Assembly (NCBI GenBank): GCA_044236565.1
Contig: JBIIGH010000001.1
Location: 1 to 44,498 of the forward strand
Direction: 5' to 3'
DNA length: 44,498 nucleotides
Source: Algoriphagus sp.
GTDB lineage: Bacteria; Bacteroidota; Bacteroidia; Cytophagales; Cyclobacteriaceae
Shown: positions 21,327-31,429 of the stretch, piece by piece
Numbering within the stretch: position 1 is the stretch's first letter
Layout: each line of letters begins with the position of its first letter
Program-made: the position numbers and the translations under genes
Notes under the pieces: model-generated
The model's database searches: none
Seen by the model: the letters and a program-made list of their open reading frames with translations, nothing else
Told to the model about the DNA's origin: nothing

Positions 21327-21369
21327 ACCTTCCTTTTTGCCTCGATTCAATCGAGGCAAAAAGGAAGGT
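21327..21369. repeat. Perfect 21-1-21 palindrome downstream of pheS (possible terminator)
   Basis: ACCTTCCTTTTTGCCTCGATT-C-AATCGAGGCAAAAAGGAAGGT. Confidence 0.85.
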
Positions 21370-21400
21370 GAAGATTGGAGTAAAGTGGAGGTAACCTTTG

Positions 21401-22429
21401 CTACAGGAGGGGCCTAAACTGCTTTAAGAAGCGCACATCGTTTTCGGTAAAGAGGCGCAAATCCTTGATTTGATTTTTGAGCATGGCGATTCGCTCGATT
21501 CCCATTCCAAAGGCAAAGCCTGTGTATTTCGTAGAGTCGATACCGCAATTTTCCAAGACATTTGGATCCACCATGCCTGCACCACCGATTTCTACCCAGC
21601 CACTGTACTTGCATACGTTACAACCTTTACCTCCACAGATTAGACAGGAGATATCAATCTCTGCGCTGGGCTCGGTAAAGGGGAAGAAAGAGGGGCGAAA
21701 GCGAACTTTTGTTTCCTTGCCAAACATCTCTTTGGCAAAGTGGTACAGCGTATTTTTTAGATCGGCAAAACCGACATTTTCATCCACATAAAGGCCTTCG
21801 ACCTGATGAAAAATGCAATGTGCGCGTGCAGAGATTGCCTCGTTTCGGTATACCCTACCTGGGGAGAGGGTACGGATGGGAGGTTTTTGATTTTCCATCA
21901 CCCGAACCTGCACAGAAGAGGTATGGGTACGGAGTGCGATGTCTGGATTTTTCTCGATAAAAAAAGTGTCCTGCATCTCGCGAGCAGGGTGATTTTCTGG
22001 AAAGTTCAGTGCTGAAAAGTTGTGCCAATCGTCCTCAATTTCAGGCCCTTCGGAAAGGTTAAATCCAATGCGTTCAAAGATTTCGATGATGCGTTGTCTT
22101 GTAGCAGTAAGCGGATGGATCGCTCCCAATGGAGAATTGGAGGGAGGCAAAGTCAGGTCAATATCGGCCGTCTTTTGTTTTTGGTTGGATGCAGCAACCT
22201 TCTCAATCAGGGCTTGAAATTTCTCTTCTGCAAGTTGCTTTACCCCATTGACGAGTTGACCATACGCACGCTTTTCCTCATTTGGAATGCTGCCCATGGC
22301 TCCCATCAATTCTCCGACCACACTTTTCTTGGAAATAAATTCCATTCGGTAGGCCTCCAGTTGCTCTGGGGTAGTTGCGTCTGCTGCAGCGATGGCAGCT
22401 TTGATGGCTTCGATTTTCTCCTGATACAT
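21401..22429 (-). CDS. pheS: Phenylalanine--tRNA ligase alpha subunit
   Basis: HPAREMQDTF, LRTHTSSVQ, FHQVEGL, FPFTEPSAE, GFAFGMGIERIAM. Confidence 0.98.
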   Translation of the reverse strand: MYQEKIEAIKAAIAAADATTPEQLEAYRMEFISKKSVVGELMGAMGSIPNEEKRAYGQLVNGVKQLAEEKFQALIEKVAASNQKQKTADIDLTLPPSNSPLGAIHPLTATRQRIIEIFERIGFNLSEGPEIEDDWHNFSALNFPENHPAREMQDTFFIEKNPDIALRTHTSSVQVRVMENQKPPIRTLSPGRVYRNEAISARAHCIFHQVEGLYVDENVGFADLKNTLYHFAKEMFGKETKVRFRPSFFPFTEPSAEIDISCLICGGKGCNVCKYSGWVEIGGAGMVDPNVLENCGIDSTKYTGFAFGMGIERIAMLKNQIKDLRLFTENDVRFLKQFRPLL

Positions 22430-22451
22430 GAGTTGCCGGTTAATCCTGTGG

Positions 22452-22459
22452 CAAAGGTA
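22452..22459 (-). promoter_or_regulatory. TAnnTTTG -7 promoter element for pheS
   Basis: TACCTTTG on the minus strand, 22 nt upstream of the ATG. Confidence 0.6.
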
Positions 22460-22477
22460 CCAATTTCTAAATTTTTA

Positions 22478-22513
22478 GGGTAATCGCCTAAGAGTTTCCT
22501 TCAGCGATTACCC
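22478..22513 (-). terminator. Hairpin downstream of the outer-membrane protein gene (possible terminator)
   Basis: GGGTAATCGC...GCGATTACCC stem; no clear U-tract on the minus strand. Confidence 0.45.
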
Positions 22514-22523
22514 CAAATTGTGT

Positions 22524-25418
22524 TTACCAAGTTCGTCCACCCTGTGGCCTTCCCATCATCCACGGTTGCTGCGGCTCGGCTGCTGGCTGCTTGAAGTTAC
22601 CCAAAATGTAGGTGAAGGTAATCATGCCATAGCGGGTGAGTACGTTCGTAAAGACGTCAGTTACGGCCACGTCTGAAATGGTACGGCTGATGCTGTTGTT
22701 TTGGTTGAGCACATCAAAAAGAACCGCCTTGAGTTCTGCCTTGTTGTTTTTCGCAAAGCGGAATCCGCCCTCCATGTTCCAAAGCCAAAAGTTTTGGTTA
22801 AATCCTTCGGAAAGGCCGGAGTATAAGGAGTGTGCCACATTATTTCCCATAAAGAACTTACCATTCTTCGATGAGAAGTAGAGGCGCATGTTCGATTCTT
22901 GCTGGTAAAAGTTGTTGTCAAGATTCTGCTGCAAGGAGGAGTTGACAATGTTGTAGGAACCCGTAGTGCTGATCGAGAAATCTACATTTTGGCTGATGTT
23001 TGAATTGAAAGTCAATCCTTGGCTAAGTGTGGTGTTGTCATTCAGGTTGGAAACTCCATTAATCAAACCTGGCGTACGGTTGAAACTTACCCGCGTATTG
23101 ATGTTGAACTGGGTTTTCAACTTCTTTAGTGGTGCTCCATAGGTCAAGAAGAAGCTGGAGCGGATGTTGCCATCCAAGTTGATCGGTCGAGAAAGCTGGC
23201 CTCCAGAACGAAGGAGAATCTCGTTGTTGATCAAGGTATCTTTTGTAGTCAAGAAAGTGCTATTTCCAATGAAATCCGAAGTAACGGAATGAGTCACAAA
23301 TAGGAACAAGGTCCGTGATTTCTCGAGGTTGATTTTGCTGATGTTGGCGAAAATGTTGTGGTTGTAACTTTGCCCCAAGTCAGGATTTCCCACCCGTAGG
23401 TTGAGTGGGTTCTGGTTGTTGACTACATTTTGAAGTTCACTGACGCTCGGTTCGTTGGTGCTGGTTCGGTAACGCACTCTCCAGCTGAAGCCTGTTTTCC
23501 GGTTGCGGTAATTCAAGTTTGCGCTAGGAAGGAAGTTGTTGAAACTTCTATTGAAGGTTCCCGGAACTGGGAAGAAGGCCTCGTTGTCTAAGCGAGCATT
23601 TTGGTAGTCCATGTTTACATTGACAGACCAAGCTTCCTTGTTGTAGGCGTAGCCCGAACGAAGCCGTTGGGTGATGAATTTGTTGTCAAACTCATTACTC
23701 AAAGCCGTATCCAGAAGAGCTTTGCGTTCCTCGTCGATCTGGAAAGTTTTTTGATCGGAAGCCGTGGCATTGTTTCCTACCTGGTAGCCAAAAGTTCCAA
23801 TTGCATTTTTGCTCAACTGCTCCGTAAAGGTCAGGTTGACGCGGTAGTTGAATCCTTCATTCAGTGAATAGGTTTCCTGCGTAGCGGTGTCCAAAAGATT
23901 TCTACGGAATTCACGGCTTGCGGCCAAAAGGTCAGAGTCCTGGTCTCGATTGGACCAAGCGGTAAACACTTCGGTAGAAAGTGTTCGGCCCTTTTTATCG
24001 AATTTGTAGCGGTAAGTCAGGTTATTGGATAAGTTGACCGCTTTGGTAGTTGCATTGCTGATGGATCGAAGTGCGGAAAGGGAATCGCCCAAGCTATTGC
24101 GGGTAAGCGCATCTCGATCGCTGAAGGTGCTGTTGTCCTGGAAGGAAAGGCTAGGCGTAAGCACGATCGAGTTTTTCTCATTGATATCCGCTTCAATTCT
24201 AGCATTGGCGCGGTGGTTACTATTTTTAACGGTATTGATCAGGTTTTCTTCGTAAAACTGGCGGAGGTTCGCGTTTACAACCGTTTCACGGTTGGTGATT
24301 TGACGCAGGGAGTTGGCTGTATTGTTGAAGAAATAACTACCAGTTACGTTGACTTTTTTACCCCATTTGTCGGAATAGTTCAATCCCATCGCATTCGTAG
24401 TTACGATGCCTCCAGAGTTGCCAACGAGGAAGTTATTGTTTCCTCCACCGCCCCATTGGCCTCCACCAAATCCTCCACCACCCATGCCACCCATCATTCC
24501 TCCTCTACCCGCTCCCGCAGAAGCATTGGCAGTTAATCCAGCAAGGTCTTGACTGGAGAAGTTTTGTTGGTTGATGTTGTTGAAAAGGCCCAGCACGGAA
24601 ATCCGCTGGTCTCCTTTAAAGAAGTTGACGCTACCTCCAGCGGCATAGCGGTCGTCGTTGCCGTAGCCTGCATAAGTTCTTCCGAAGGAACCATTTTTGC
24701 GATCGGAGCGAAGGATGATGTTGATGGTCTTGGTGTAACTTCCGTCGTCAAATCCAGTGAGACGGCTTTGGTCAGAGCGCTGGTCCAGGACTTCTACTCG
24801 ATCAATAGCATCTGCTGGCAAGTTGCGGAGCGCAATATTCGGATCGCTACCAAAAAATTCACGGCCATCTACTAAGATTTTTTGTACCTGTTCCCCTTGT
24901 GCTTGGATTTGGCCTCCTTGCATGGTGATGCCTGGCATCTTTCGAATGAGGTCTTCTGCCTGGGCATTGGTTTGTGTTTTGAATGCATTGGCATTGAAGG
25001 AAGTGGTATCTCCTTTTTGCTCACCTACAACGCTGACGCCTTTGACTAGCACCTCACCCAAGACTTTGGTGTCTTCGAGTAGGATCAGTTCGCCTAGCTC
25101 CACTGGCTCACGCATGCTGTGAATTTTTGTGATGGTTTTGTAGCCTAGAAAGGTGATTTCAAGCTTAACCTCTGGGATAAAAGGTCTGGCAATTTCAAAT
25201 CGCCCATCTGCACCCGTTACGGTACCGCGAAGCAAGGAGTCAGTGACGGTTTTGATTAAGACATTGGCGCCGATCATGGGCGTTTTTGCTGCTCCATCGA
25301 TGACCTGTCCGGTAAACTTTCGTTCGGGTCGGGCTTGGTCGGTTGGGCGCTGCCCAAAGGATGGAAGCGCAACAAAAAATGAAAAAATTAAAAGAAAAAG
25401 GAAGTGGTAAGTTTTCAT
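22524..25418 (-). CDS. TonB-dependent receptor-like outer membrane beta-barrel protein with an N-terminal carboxypeptidase-regulatory-like domain
   Basis: Signal peptide, GANV...GRFEI...FLGYK domain, plug-like AEDLIRKMPG...VDGREFFG.DP, C-terminal FDVLNQN...YGMITFTY; start revised to 25418. Confidence 0.85.
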   Translation of the reverse strand: MKTYHFLFLLIFSFFVALPSFGQRPTDQARPERKFTGQVIDGAAKTPMIGANVLIKTVTDSLLRGTVTGADGRFEIARPFIPEVKLEITFLGYKTITKIHSMREPVELGELILLEDTKVLGEVLVKGVSVVGEQKGDTTSFNANAFKTQTNAQAEDLIRKMPGITMQGGQIQAQGEQVQKILVDGREFFGSDPNIALRNLPADAIDRVEVLDQRSDQSRLTGFDDGSYTKTINIILRSDRKNGSFGRTYAGYGNDDRYAAGGSVNFFKGDQRISVLGLFNNINQQNFSSQDLAGLTANASAGAGRGGMMGGMGGGGFGGGQWGGGGNNNFLVGNSGGIVTTNAMGLNYSDKWGKKVNVTGSYFFNNTANSLRQITNRETVVNANLRQFYEENLINTVKNSNHRANARIEADINEKNSIVLTPSLSFQDNSTFSDRDALTRNSLGDSLSALRSISNATTKAVNLSNNLTYRYKFDKKGRTLSTEVFTAWSNRDQDSDLLAASREFRRNLLDTATQETYSLNEGFNYRVNLTFTEQLSKNAIGTFGYQVGNNATASDQKTFQIDEERKALLDTALSNEFDNKFITQRLRSGYAYNKEAWSVNVNMDYQNARLDNEAFFPVPGTFNRSFNNFLPSANLNYRNRKTGFSWRVRYRTSTNEPSVSELQNVVNNQNPLNLRVGNPDLGQSYNHNIFANISKINLEKSRTLFLFVTHSVTSDFIGNSTFLTTKDTLINNEILLRSGGQLSRPINLDGNIRSSFFLTYGAPLKKLKTQFNINTRVSFNRTPGLINGVSNLNDNTTLSQGLTFNSNISQNVDFSISTTGSYNIVNSSLQQNLDNNFYQQESNMRLYFSSKNGKFFMGNNVAHSLYSGLSEGFNQNFWLWNMEGGFRFAKNNKAELKAVLFDVLNQNNSISRTISDVAVTDVFTNVLTRYGMITFTYILGNFKQPAAEPQQPWMMGRPQGGRTW

Positions 25419-25544
25419 AAATTGGTTGTAGTACACCTTCTTTGACTCCAATAGGGAGCAAAAGGTTTAATGGAGGTGTGGAGTAAAATTGGAGTGGGAA
25501 TTCTAAGGGATAAGTGGTTTATTTTCAGTCTAAAAGTCGGGAAA

Positions 25545-25883
25545 TCAAGAACCTTGTTTCATGATCTCTGCATACGAAATTCCGTAATGGCTTTCATGGT
25601 AGGTCACTTTGCCCTTTTGGATAAGCAGTACTTGTGGGGATTCATGAGGGATGCCAAAGCGCTCCGCGACCCTATTGGATACCGATCGGAAAGCGATCAA
25701 ATCCAAGTAGTAAGGGGTAATTTTATCAGCGTCTTCAGGTTTCCAGTTTCGCAAAAGCCGATCCAGTGACATGCTGCTGATGGAGCAGCGGGTGCTGTGT
25801 TTGAATAGCAATACAGGCTTCTCCTCACTTGCTGCGATTACTTGATCAATTTGGGCTTCTGAGGTGAGTTTGTTCCAGTTCAT
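25545..25883 (-). CDS. ytxJ: Bacillithiol system redox-active protein YtxJ
   Basis: FKHSTRCSIS and HESPQ motifs. Confidence 0.9.
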   Translation of the reverse strand: MNWNKLTSEAQIDQVIAASEEKPVLLFKHSTRCSISSMSLDRLLRNWKPEDADKITPYYLDLIAFRSVSNRVAERFGIPHESPQVLLIQKGKVTYHESHYGISYAEIMKQGS

Positions 25884-25916
25884 GTACTCTTTTCGCTACT
25901 TTTGTAGTTAATCTTG

Positions 25917-25924
25917 CAAAGGTA
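25917..25924 (-). promoter_or_regulatory. TAnnTTTG -7 promoter element for ytxJ
   Basis: TACCTTTG on the minus strand, 33 nt upstream of the ATG. Confidence 0.55.
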
Positions 25925-25952
25925 ACCTAGATCTTTCGAACTCTCAAGTACA

Positions 25953-27356
25953 ATGACCGCGCCAACTTTCTGTATTGCAATTAAAAGAACTTTAATTTTT
26001 TGGATTGGAGCAGGGCTCTTGGCCGCATCCTGCAAGTCCTTGGATCCTGCTGCGAGCTTACCGCTACCAGTAGTTCCCGGTACCAAGTCTTCCTTGAATG
26101 TGCCCCTCGAAATTCCCTTTTCGACCCTTACAGCTTTAGCCAATCGCGAAACTCCCTCTCTGATTTTCCGTCAGCGGGGCATGGATTTAGGGAATGGGTT
26201 GGTAGGTGATTTTGAATTTTCAAGAAACGGTAAAATCCAGCTTCGCGCCTTGGATCAACAGCGTTTGGAGGTGGTGTTTCCGCTAAAAATTCAAGGGGAA
26301 ATTGGCTTGAAGCCAGGAGGCATTCGAAATCTTCTGCAGACCAAGGTGCCGATCAACCAGGCCTTGGCTCCCGTTTTTGTGATCAACCCTCAAGTTCAGT
26401 CCAACTGGTATTTGGGGATATCTGAGTTTGAACTTTTGGACTTGGGAGGTAAAATGGCGCTGTCTGTTCTGGGGATTGAGCTGGATTTAAGCCCGCTGGT
26501 CAGACAAGAGATTCGCCGATTTGCGAAGCAAGAGCTTACTTCCAAGCCGAATTTGCTTGCACTCAAACCGATGATGGAGTCGATTTGGAACCAAGTGGGC
26601 AAGCCGATTGTGGTAGACGTAGAAGGCAAAAAAACCGGTCTCTCCATCCGACCTGACTCCGTGAAGCTTCGAGAGTACCTGCAGCCCAACAAGGGCTTGC
26701 ACCTGGATCTGGGTTTTCAAGGTCAGGTCCAAATACACCCTGCTACAGCCCTTCCTAGCCGAGCTTTTCCACTTCCTACTATCTCCCCCAATACCGATGC
26801 ATCCAATCGAATCGACCTGGAGTTGCCCCTCACTTTCACCTACGCCGAACTGGATGCCCTCATTCAACAATCGTTTGGGGGACAGGCGATTCGAATGAAT
26901 AAAACTTATGTTTTTCAAGCCAAACAATTTCGTACACAAGCGTATGGGGATCGCTTGGGAATTACCGTTGCCTTTACGGCTGTCAGCAATAAAGGAGGAG
27001 AGTTGACTGGAGAACTATTTCTGGCCGGCCAACCCGTCTATGATCCCCTGAAGCAAGTGCTGCGCGTGGACAATTTGGATTTTGTGATGAAAAGCGGCAG
27101 TGCCAAAGCAATGTTGGGAACCATGATAAAGAAAGGGAAAATCAACAAGCAACTCAGCCAACGGATGAAAATGCCGCTGGGAGAGACTATTGGAGAAAGC
27201 TTGAAAGGATTGCAAGGGCGTCTCTCCCTGCAGACCTCCGTGGCCAATTTAGCTATTCAAGGTTTGCAAATCGTACCCATTGGCTTTTACCCGACAGCCA
27301 CTGGACTGGCTATTCCCCTCAAAGCTACCGCCACCACTGCCATTCAATGGAAGTAA
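25953..27356 (+). CDS. DUF4403-like putative lipoprotein
   Basis: Lipobox LLAASC; S.LNVP.EIP start of domain; size and G.L.L.G.P.YD motif recalled for DUF4403. Confidence 0.65.
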   Translation: MTAPTFCIAIKRTLIFWIGAGLLAASCKSLDPAASLPLPVVPGTKSSLNVPLEIPFSTLTALANRETPSLIFRQRGMDLGNGLVGDFEFSRNGKIQLRALDQQRLEVVFPLKIQGEIGLKPGGIRNLLQTKVPINQALAPVFVINPQVQSNWYLGISEFELLDLGGKMALSVLGIELDLSPLVRQEIRRFAKQELTSKPNLLALKPMMESIWNQVGKPIVVDVEGKKTGLSIRPDSVKLREYLQPNKGLHLDLGFQGQVQIHPATALPSRAFPLPTISPNTDASNRIDLELPLTFTYAELDALIQQSFGGQAIRMNKTYVFQAKQFRTQAYGDRLGITVAFTAVSNKGGELTGELFLAGQPVYDPLKQVLRVDNLDFVMKSGSAKAMLGTMIKKGKINKQLSQRMKMPLGETIGESLKGLQGRLSLQTSVANLAIQGLQIVPIGFYPTATGLAIPLKATATTAIQWK

Positions 27357-27375
27357 GGAATGCAGTAGATTGAAG

Positions 27376-27415
27376 AACTAAAAAAGGCAGATCATCCGAT
27401 CTGCCTTTTTTAGTT
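27376..27415. terminator. Bidirectional Rho-independent terminator
   Basis: AACTAAAAAAGGCAGATC-ATCC-GATCTGCCTTTTTTAGTT between convergent genes. Confidence 0.88.
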
Positions 27416-27454
27416 GATGGTTAAACGCCTTTTTAAAAGTAACTATTCAATTTA

Positions 27455-27556
27455 AAGCTTGAAGTTCAATTAAATGAGCTGTGGACCGTGGACTGTGAGC
27501 GATTATCCGCAGTGATTACCAGGTAGGTTGTGCCACTGATCGAATTGCGGATAATC
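27455..27556 (+). repeat. Dispersed repeat copy A (heptamer arm plus GATTATCCGCA-N34-TGCGGATAATC hairpin)
   Basis: GAAGTTCAATTAAATGAGCTGTGGACCGTGGACTGTGAGC, then stem 27501-27511/27546-27556. Confidence 0.85.
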
Positions 27557-27561
27557 CTTTT

Positions 27562-29454
27562 TTATTTTCTTCCGGCTTTGATTTTTTCGACTACTTCGGG
27601 GTCCAAGAGGGTAGAGATGTCTCCCATGCCGTCTAGGACGCCTTCTGCAATTTTTCGCAGGATGCGGCGCATGATTTTTCCGGAGCGTGTTTTTGGCAAG
27701 CCTGGTACGATTTGAATTTTGTCTGGCTTGGCAATCGGTCCGATGATTTTGGAGACCGTCTCTTTAATTTCTTGAATGAGGTTGTCCTCACTTCGATTGC
27801 TCAAATCACAGATCACAAAGGCATAGATGCCTTGCCCTTTGACCTCGTGGGGGTAGCCAACTACGGCAGATTCGATCACTTTTGGATGCTCGTTGATTGC
27901 ATTTTCTACCTCCGCAGTACCCAGTCTATGTCCGGACACATTGATGACATCGTCCACTCGACCCAGGATTCGGTAATAGCCATCGTGGTCGCGCTTGACT
28001 CCATCGCCAGTGAAGTACTTGTTTTTGTAGGTGGAAAAGTAGGTTTGCTTGCAGCGATCGTGATCTCCATACGTGGTTCTGATCATGGATGGCCATGGAA
28101 AATCGATGCAAAGGTTGCCCTCCACAGAGTTGCCGCGAAGTTCTTTGCCCTCTGCATCGACAATGCTGAGTTGGATACCGGGCAATGGCAAAGTAGCGTA
28201 AGCTGGCTTCGTAGGGGTGATGCCCGCGAGTGGGGAGATCATAATGCCTCCGGTTTCTGTTTGCCACCAGGTATCTACAATCGGGCATTTTCCTTTGCCG
28301 ATGTGGTTGTGGTACCAGTGCCAAGCTTCTTCGTTGATGGGTTCGCCTACGGAGCCGAGCACTTTGAGGGAGCTCAGATCATGACCTGCAATGGGCTCGG
28401 TGCCAAAGGCCTGAAGGGCTCGGATGGCTGTTGGGGCGGTGTAAAAAACATTGACCTTGTACTTTTCAATGATCTCCCAGAATCTCCCAGGATGGGGATA
28501 GGTGGGTACCCCTTCAAACATCAGCGTGGTGGCGCCAGCGAGTAGGGGGCCATACACGATGTAGGAGTGTCCAGTGATCCAGCCAATGTCAGCGGTACAC
28601 CAGTACACGTCACCTGGGGTGTATTGAAACACATTTTCAAAGGAGTACTTGGTGTAGACCATGTAGCCTCCGGTGGTGTGGACCACTCCTTTGGGCTTGC
28701 CGGTAGAGCCAGAGGTGTAGAGGATAAAGAGCATGTCCTCGCTATCCATCTCAGTGGCTTGGTTGACGGATGACTGCCCCACTACCGCTTCATGCCACCA
28801 GTAATCCCTTCCTGCGAGCATCTGGGTTTCTTGGCCAGTGCGTTGGTAGACAAGGACTGTTTCTACTGGTGCTTTTTCAAGGGCTTCGTCAACGATTTCT
28901 TTGATGCTAATTTGTTTGTTGCCCCGGAAGTTGCCATCTGCAGTGAGGACGGCTTTGGCTTTGCAGTCCAGGATGCGATCGGCTAGGGAGGTGCTGGAGA
29001 AACCAGCAAAAACCACCGAGTGAATGGCACCGATCCTAGCACAAGCAAGCATGGCGATGGCTGCTTCGGGCACCATTGGCATGTAGATGATCACGCGATC
29101 CCCTTTGCCGATGCCCTTGGAAAGCAACGTGTTTGCAAATCGGCAAACTTCCTCAAAAAGCTGACGGTAGGTAAGCGTACGTCCTGCTTCCCCAGGTTCG
29201 TTGGGTTCCCAGATGATGGCGGGCCGATCGCCAAGGGTGTAGAGGTTTTTCTCAAAAATATTCTCGGTGAGGTTGAGTTTGCCATCGACGAACCACTGTA
29301 CCTCGGGAGTTTCAAAGTTCCACTCCAAGACCTTGGACCAGCGTTTTTTCCAATGAAAGGAGTCGGCAATTCTCGCCCAGAATTCTTCAGGCTGTGCCAC
29401 ACTTTTTTGGTATTCGTGAAAGTAGCCGCTGAGGGTATGTAATCGATCACTCAT
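27562..29454 (-). CDS. acs: Acetate--CoA ligase
   Basis: YTSGSTGKPKG, WCTADIGWITGHSY, DTWWQTETGG, PKTRSGKIMRR. Confidence 0.97.
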   Translation of the reverse strand: MSDRLHTLSGYFHEYQKSVAQPEEFWARIADSFHWKKRWSKVLEWNFETPEVQWFVDGKLNLTENIFEKNLYTLGDRPAIIWEPNEPGEAGRTLTYRQLFEEVCRFANTLLSKGIGKGDRVIIYMPMVPEAAIAMLACARIGAIHSVVFAGFSSTSLADRILDCKAKAVLTADGNFRGNKQISIKEIVDEALEKAPVETVLVYQRTGQETQMLAGRDYWWHEAVVGQSSVNQATEMDSEDMLFILYTSGSTGKPKGVVHTTGGYMVYTKYSFENVFQYTPGDVYWCTADIGWITGHSYIVYGPLLAGATTLMFEGVPTYPHPGRFWEIIEKYKVNVFYTAPTAIRALQAFGTEPIAGHDLSSLKVLGSVGEPINEEAWHWYHNHIGKGKCPIVDTWWQTETGGIMISPLAGITPTKPAYATLPLPGIQLSIVDAEGKELRGNSVEGNLCIDFPWPSMIRTTYGDHDRCKQTYFSTYKNKYFTGDGVKRDHDGYYRILGRVDDVINVSGHRLGTAEVENAINEHPKVIESAVVGYPHEVKGQGIYAFVICDLSNRSEDNLIQEIKETVSKIIGPIAKPDKIQIVPGLPKTRSGKIMRRILRKIAEGVLDGMGDISTLLDPEVVEKIKAGRK

Positions 29455-29478
29455 GAGTGGGGTAGTCTAGGGTATAAA

Positions 29479-31164
29479 TCAATGGTTGGATGCTTTTCCT
29501 GCTCCTTTTGGGATTCGAATTTCCTGGATTAGTTGTTGGACATGGCTTGGAGGAGCAGGAGTCAACCAAGATACGCCAAAGCAAACCAAGAAGTTAAGCG
29601 CCATTCCTAGGGAGCCAATTCCCTCTGGGGAGATTCCCCACCACCAGTGTTCGGCGGTGTTGAGTTCGGGATACACAAACTTGAAGTAGCTAATGTAGCT
29701 GATGGTGAATACAAGGCCTGTCAGCATGCCTGCGATGGCTCCTTCCTTGTTGACCCGGGTAGAAAATATTCCGAGCAAGATCACCGGGAAGAAGGAGGAA
29801 GCGGCAAGGCCAAAAGCAAATGCTACTACTTCGGCTACAAAGCCCGGAGGGTTGATGCCAAAATAGCCCGCCAAAATCACGGCGCCTGCGGCAGAAAGCC
29901 TAGCAATCCGGAGTTCTTTTTTATCCGAAATATCGGGGCGGAATGTCTTGAATAAATCACGCGATATGGAAGTGGAAATTACAAGCAAGAGGCCTGCAGC
30001 TGTGGACAATGCCGCTGCCATGGCTCCAGCAGCCACTAACCCAACTACCCAATCAGGGAGCTGTGCGATTTCTGGGCCCGCCAAAACCATGATGTCTTTG
30101 TCAATGCTTAGCTCGTTGGTAGCAGGGTCTGCCAGGTATTGTACCGTGCCGTCCCCATTTTTATCTTCGATTTGAATCAACTTGGTTTGCTGCCAGTTTT
30201 GAACCCATTCTGGGAGCTGATCAATTGGTTTCTCGGAGGTGGACTGGATGATGTTGTACATTCCAAAGGCAGCTACTGCCGGTGCTGTGGTGTACAGAAT
30301 TGCGATAAATGCCAAGGCGTAGCCAGCAGAAAGTCGGGCGTCTTTTACCTTGGGAACGGTAAAAAAGCGAACAATCACATGGGGAAGGCCAGCTGTTCCT
30401 ACCATCAAGGCCAAGGTGATCATGAATAAATCGGGGATACTTTTCTTGCCAGAGGTGTAGTCAGCAAAGCCTAGGTCACCCAGCACTCCATCTAGCTTAT
30501 CCAAAAGTGGAACTCCCGCGGCTACATCTCCCCCAAGTCCGAGCTGTGGAATAGGATTGCCGGTGAGTTGCATGGAAATGAAGATGGCCGGAACCATGTA
30601 GGCAAAAATCAACACACAGTATTGGGCGACTTGGGTGTAGGTAATGCCTTTCATTCCTCCCAATACGGCATAGAAAAATACGATGGCCATGCCGATCACT
30701 ACTCCCCATTCGATGGGAAGCTCCAGGTAGCGGGAGAAAACGATGCCTACGCCACGCATTTGTCCTGCCACATAGGTAAAGGAGATGAATAGGGCACAGA
30801 TGACAGCAACGACTCGGGCTTTATTGGAGTAATAGCGATCGCCTACAAAGTCAGGAACCGTGAATTTTCCAAATTTCCGAAGGTAAGGCGCGAGCAAAAG
30901 TGCAAGCAACACATAGCCTCCAGTCCAGCCCATGAGGTAAACCGAGCCATCGTAACCTGAAAAGGAAATGATGCCTGCCATAGACATGAACGAAGCGGCA
31001 GACATCCAGTCTGCAGCAGTCGCTAAACCGTTGGCGAGGGGAGAAACTCCTCCTCCGGCAACATAAAATTCTTCGGTAGATCCCGCACGACTCCAAATGG
31101 CAATGCCAAGGTAAAGCGCAAAGCTAAGTCCAACGAGTAAGTAGGTCCAGGCGAGTAAATCCAT
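29479..31164 (-). CDS. Sodium:solute symporter, ActP-like (probable acetate permease large subunit)
   Basis: NGLATAADWMSAASF, GTAGLPHVIVRFFTV, AAALSTAAGLL; adjacent to acs. Confidence 0.9.
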   Translation of the reverse strand: MDLLAWTYLLVGLSFALYLGIAIWSRAGSTEEFYVAGGGVSPLANGLATAADWMSAASFMSMAGIISFSGYDGSVYLMGWTGGYVLLALLLAPYLRKFGKFTVPDFVGDRYYSNKARVVAVICALFISFTYVAGQMRGVGIVFSRYLELPIEWGVVIGMAIVFFYAVLGGMKGITYTQVAQYCVLIFAYMVPAIFISMQLTGNPIPQLGLGGDVAAGVPLLDKLDGVLGDLGFADYTSGKKSIPDLFMITLALMVGTAGLPHVIVRFFTVPKVKDARLSAGYALAFIAILYTTAPAVAAFGMYNIIQSTSEKPIDQLPEWVQNWQQTKLIQIEDKNGDGTVQYLADPATNELSIDKDIMVLAGPEIAQLPDWVVGLVAAGAMAAALSTAAGLLLVISTSISRDLFKTFRPDISDKKELRIARLSAAGAVILAGYFGINPPGFVAEVVAFAFGLAASSFFPVILLGIFSTRVNKEGAIAGMLTGLVFTISYISYFKFVYPELNTAEHWWWGISPEGIGSLGMALNFLVCFGVSWLTPAPPSHVQQLIQEIRIPKGAGKASNH

Positions 31165-31165
31165 A

Positions 31166-31429
31166 TCAGTCTTCGTTGACGTTAAATTCCTTGTCCAACT
31201 TATTCATCCGAACCACGTAAACAAATATCAGGACTAGGAAAGCGTAAATGGCTCCTTGCTGGGCAAACCAAAATCCTAATTTGAAGCCTCCCATTCGAAT
31301 GCTGTTGAGCTCCTCTACCCATAGAATTCCACAGCCAAAGGAGACGATAAACCAAATAAAAAGTAGGATTGCGAGCGTTTGGAGGTTTTTTTTCCAATAC
31401 TGCTCCATTTTTGAGGGAGAGGATGACAT
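31166..31429 (-). CDS. DUF4212 / symporter small subunit
   Basis: YWKKN...GFKLGFWFAQQG...MNKLD motif directly upstream of the SSS gene. Confidence 0.9.
   Translation of the reverse strand: MSSSPSKMEQYWKKNLQTLAILLFIWFIVSFGCGILWVEELNSIRMGGFKLGFWFAQQGAIYAFLVLIFVYVVRMNKLDKEFNVNED

Noticed and set aside
24430-24520. Gly/Met-rich low-complexity tract in the outer-membrane protein
   Set aside because: Such Gly-rich loops are common in this Bacteroidota family; not a DNA repeat element
27712-28545. 277-aa antisense ORF within acs (likewise 1362-2012, 40696-41340 and 38355-38891)
   Set aside because: Shadow ORFs opposite well-supported genes, with no recognisable motifs
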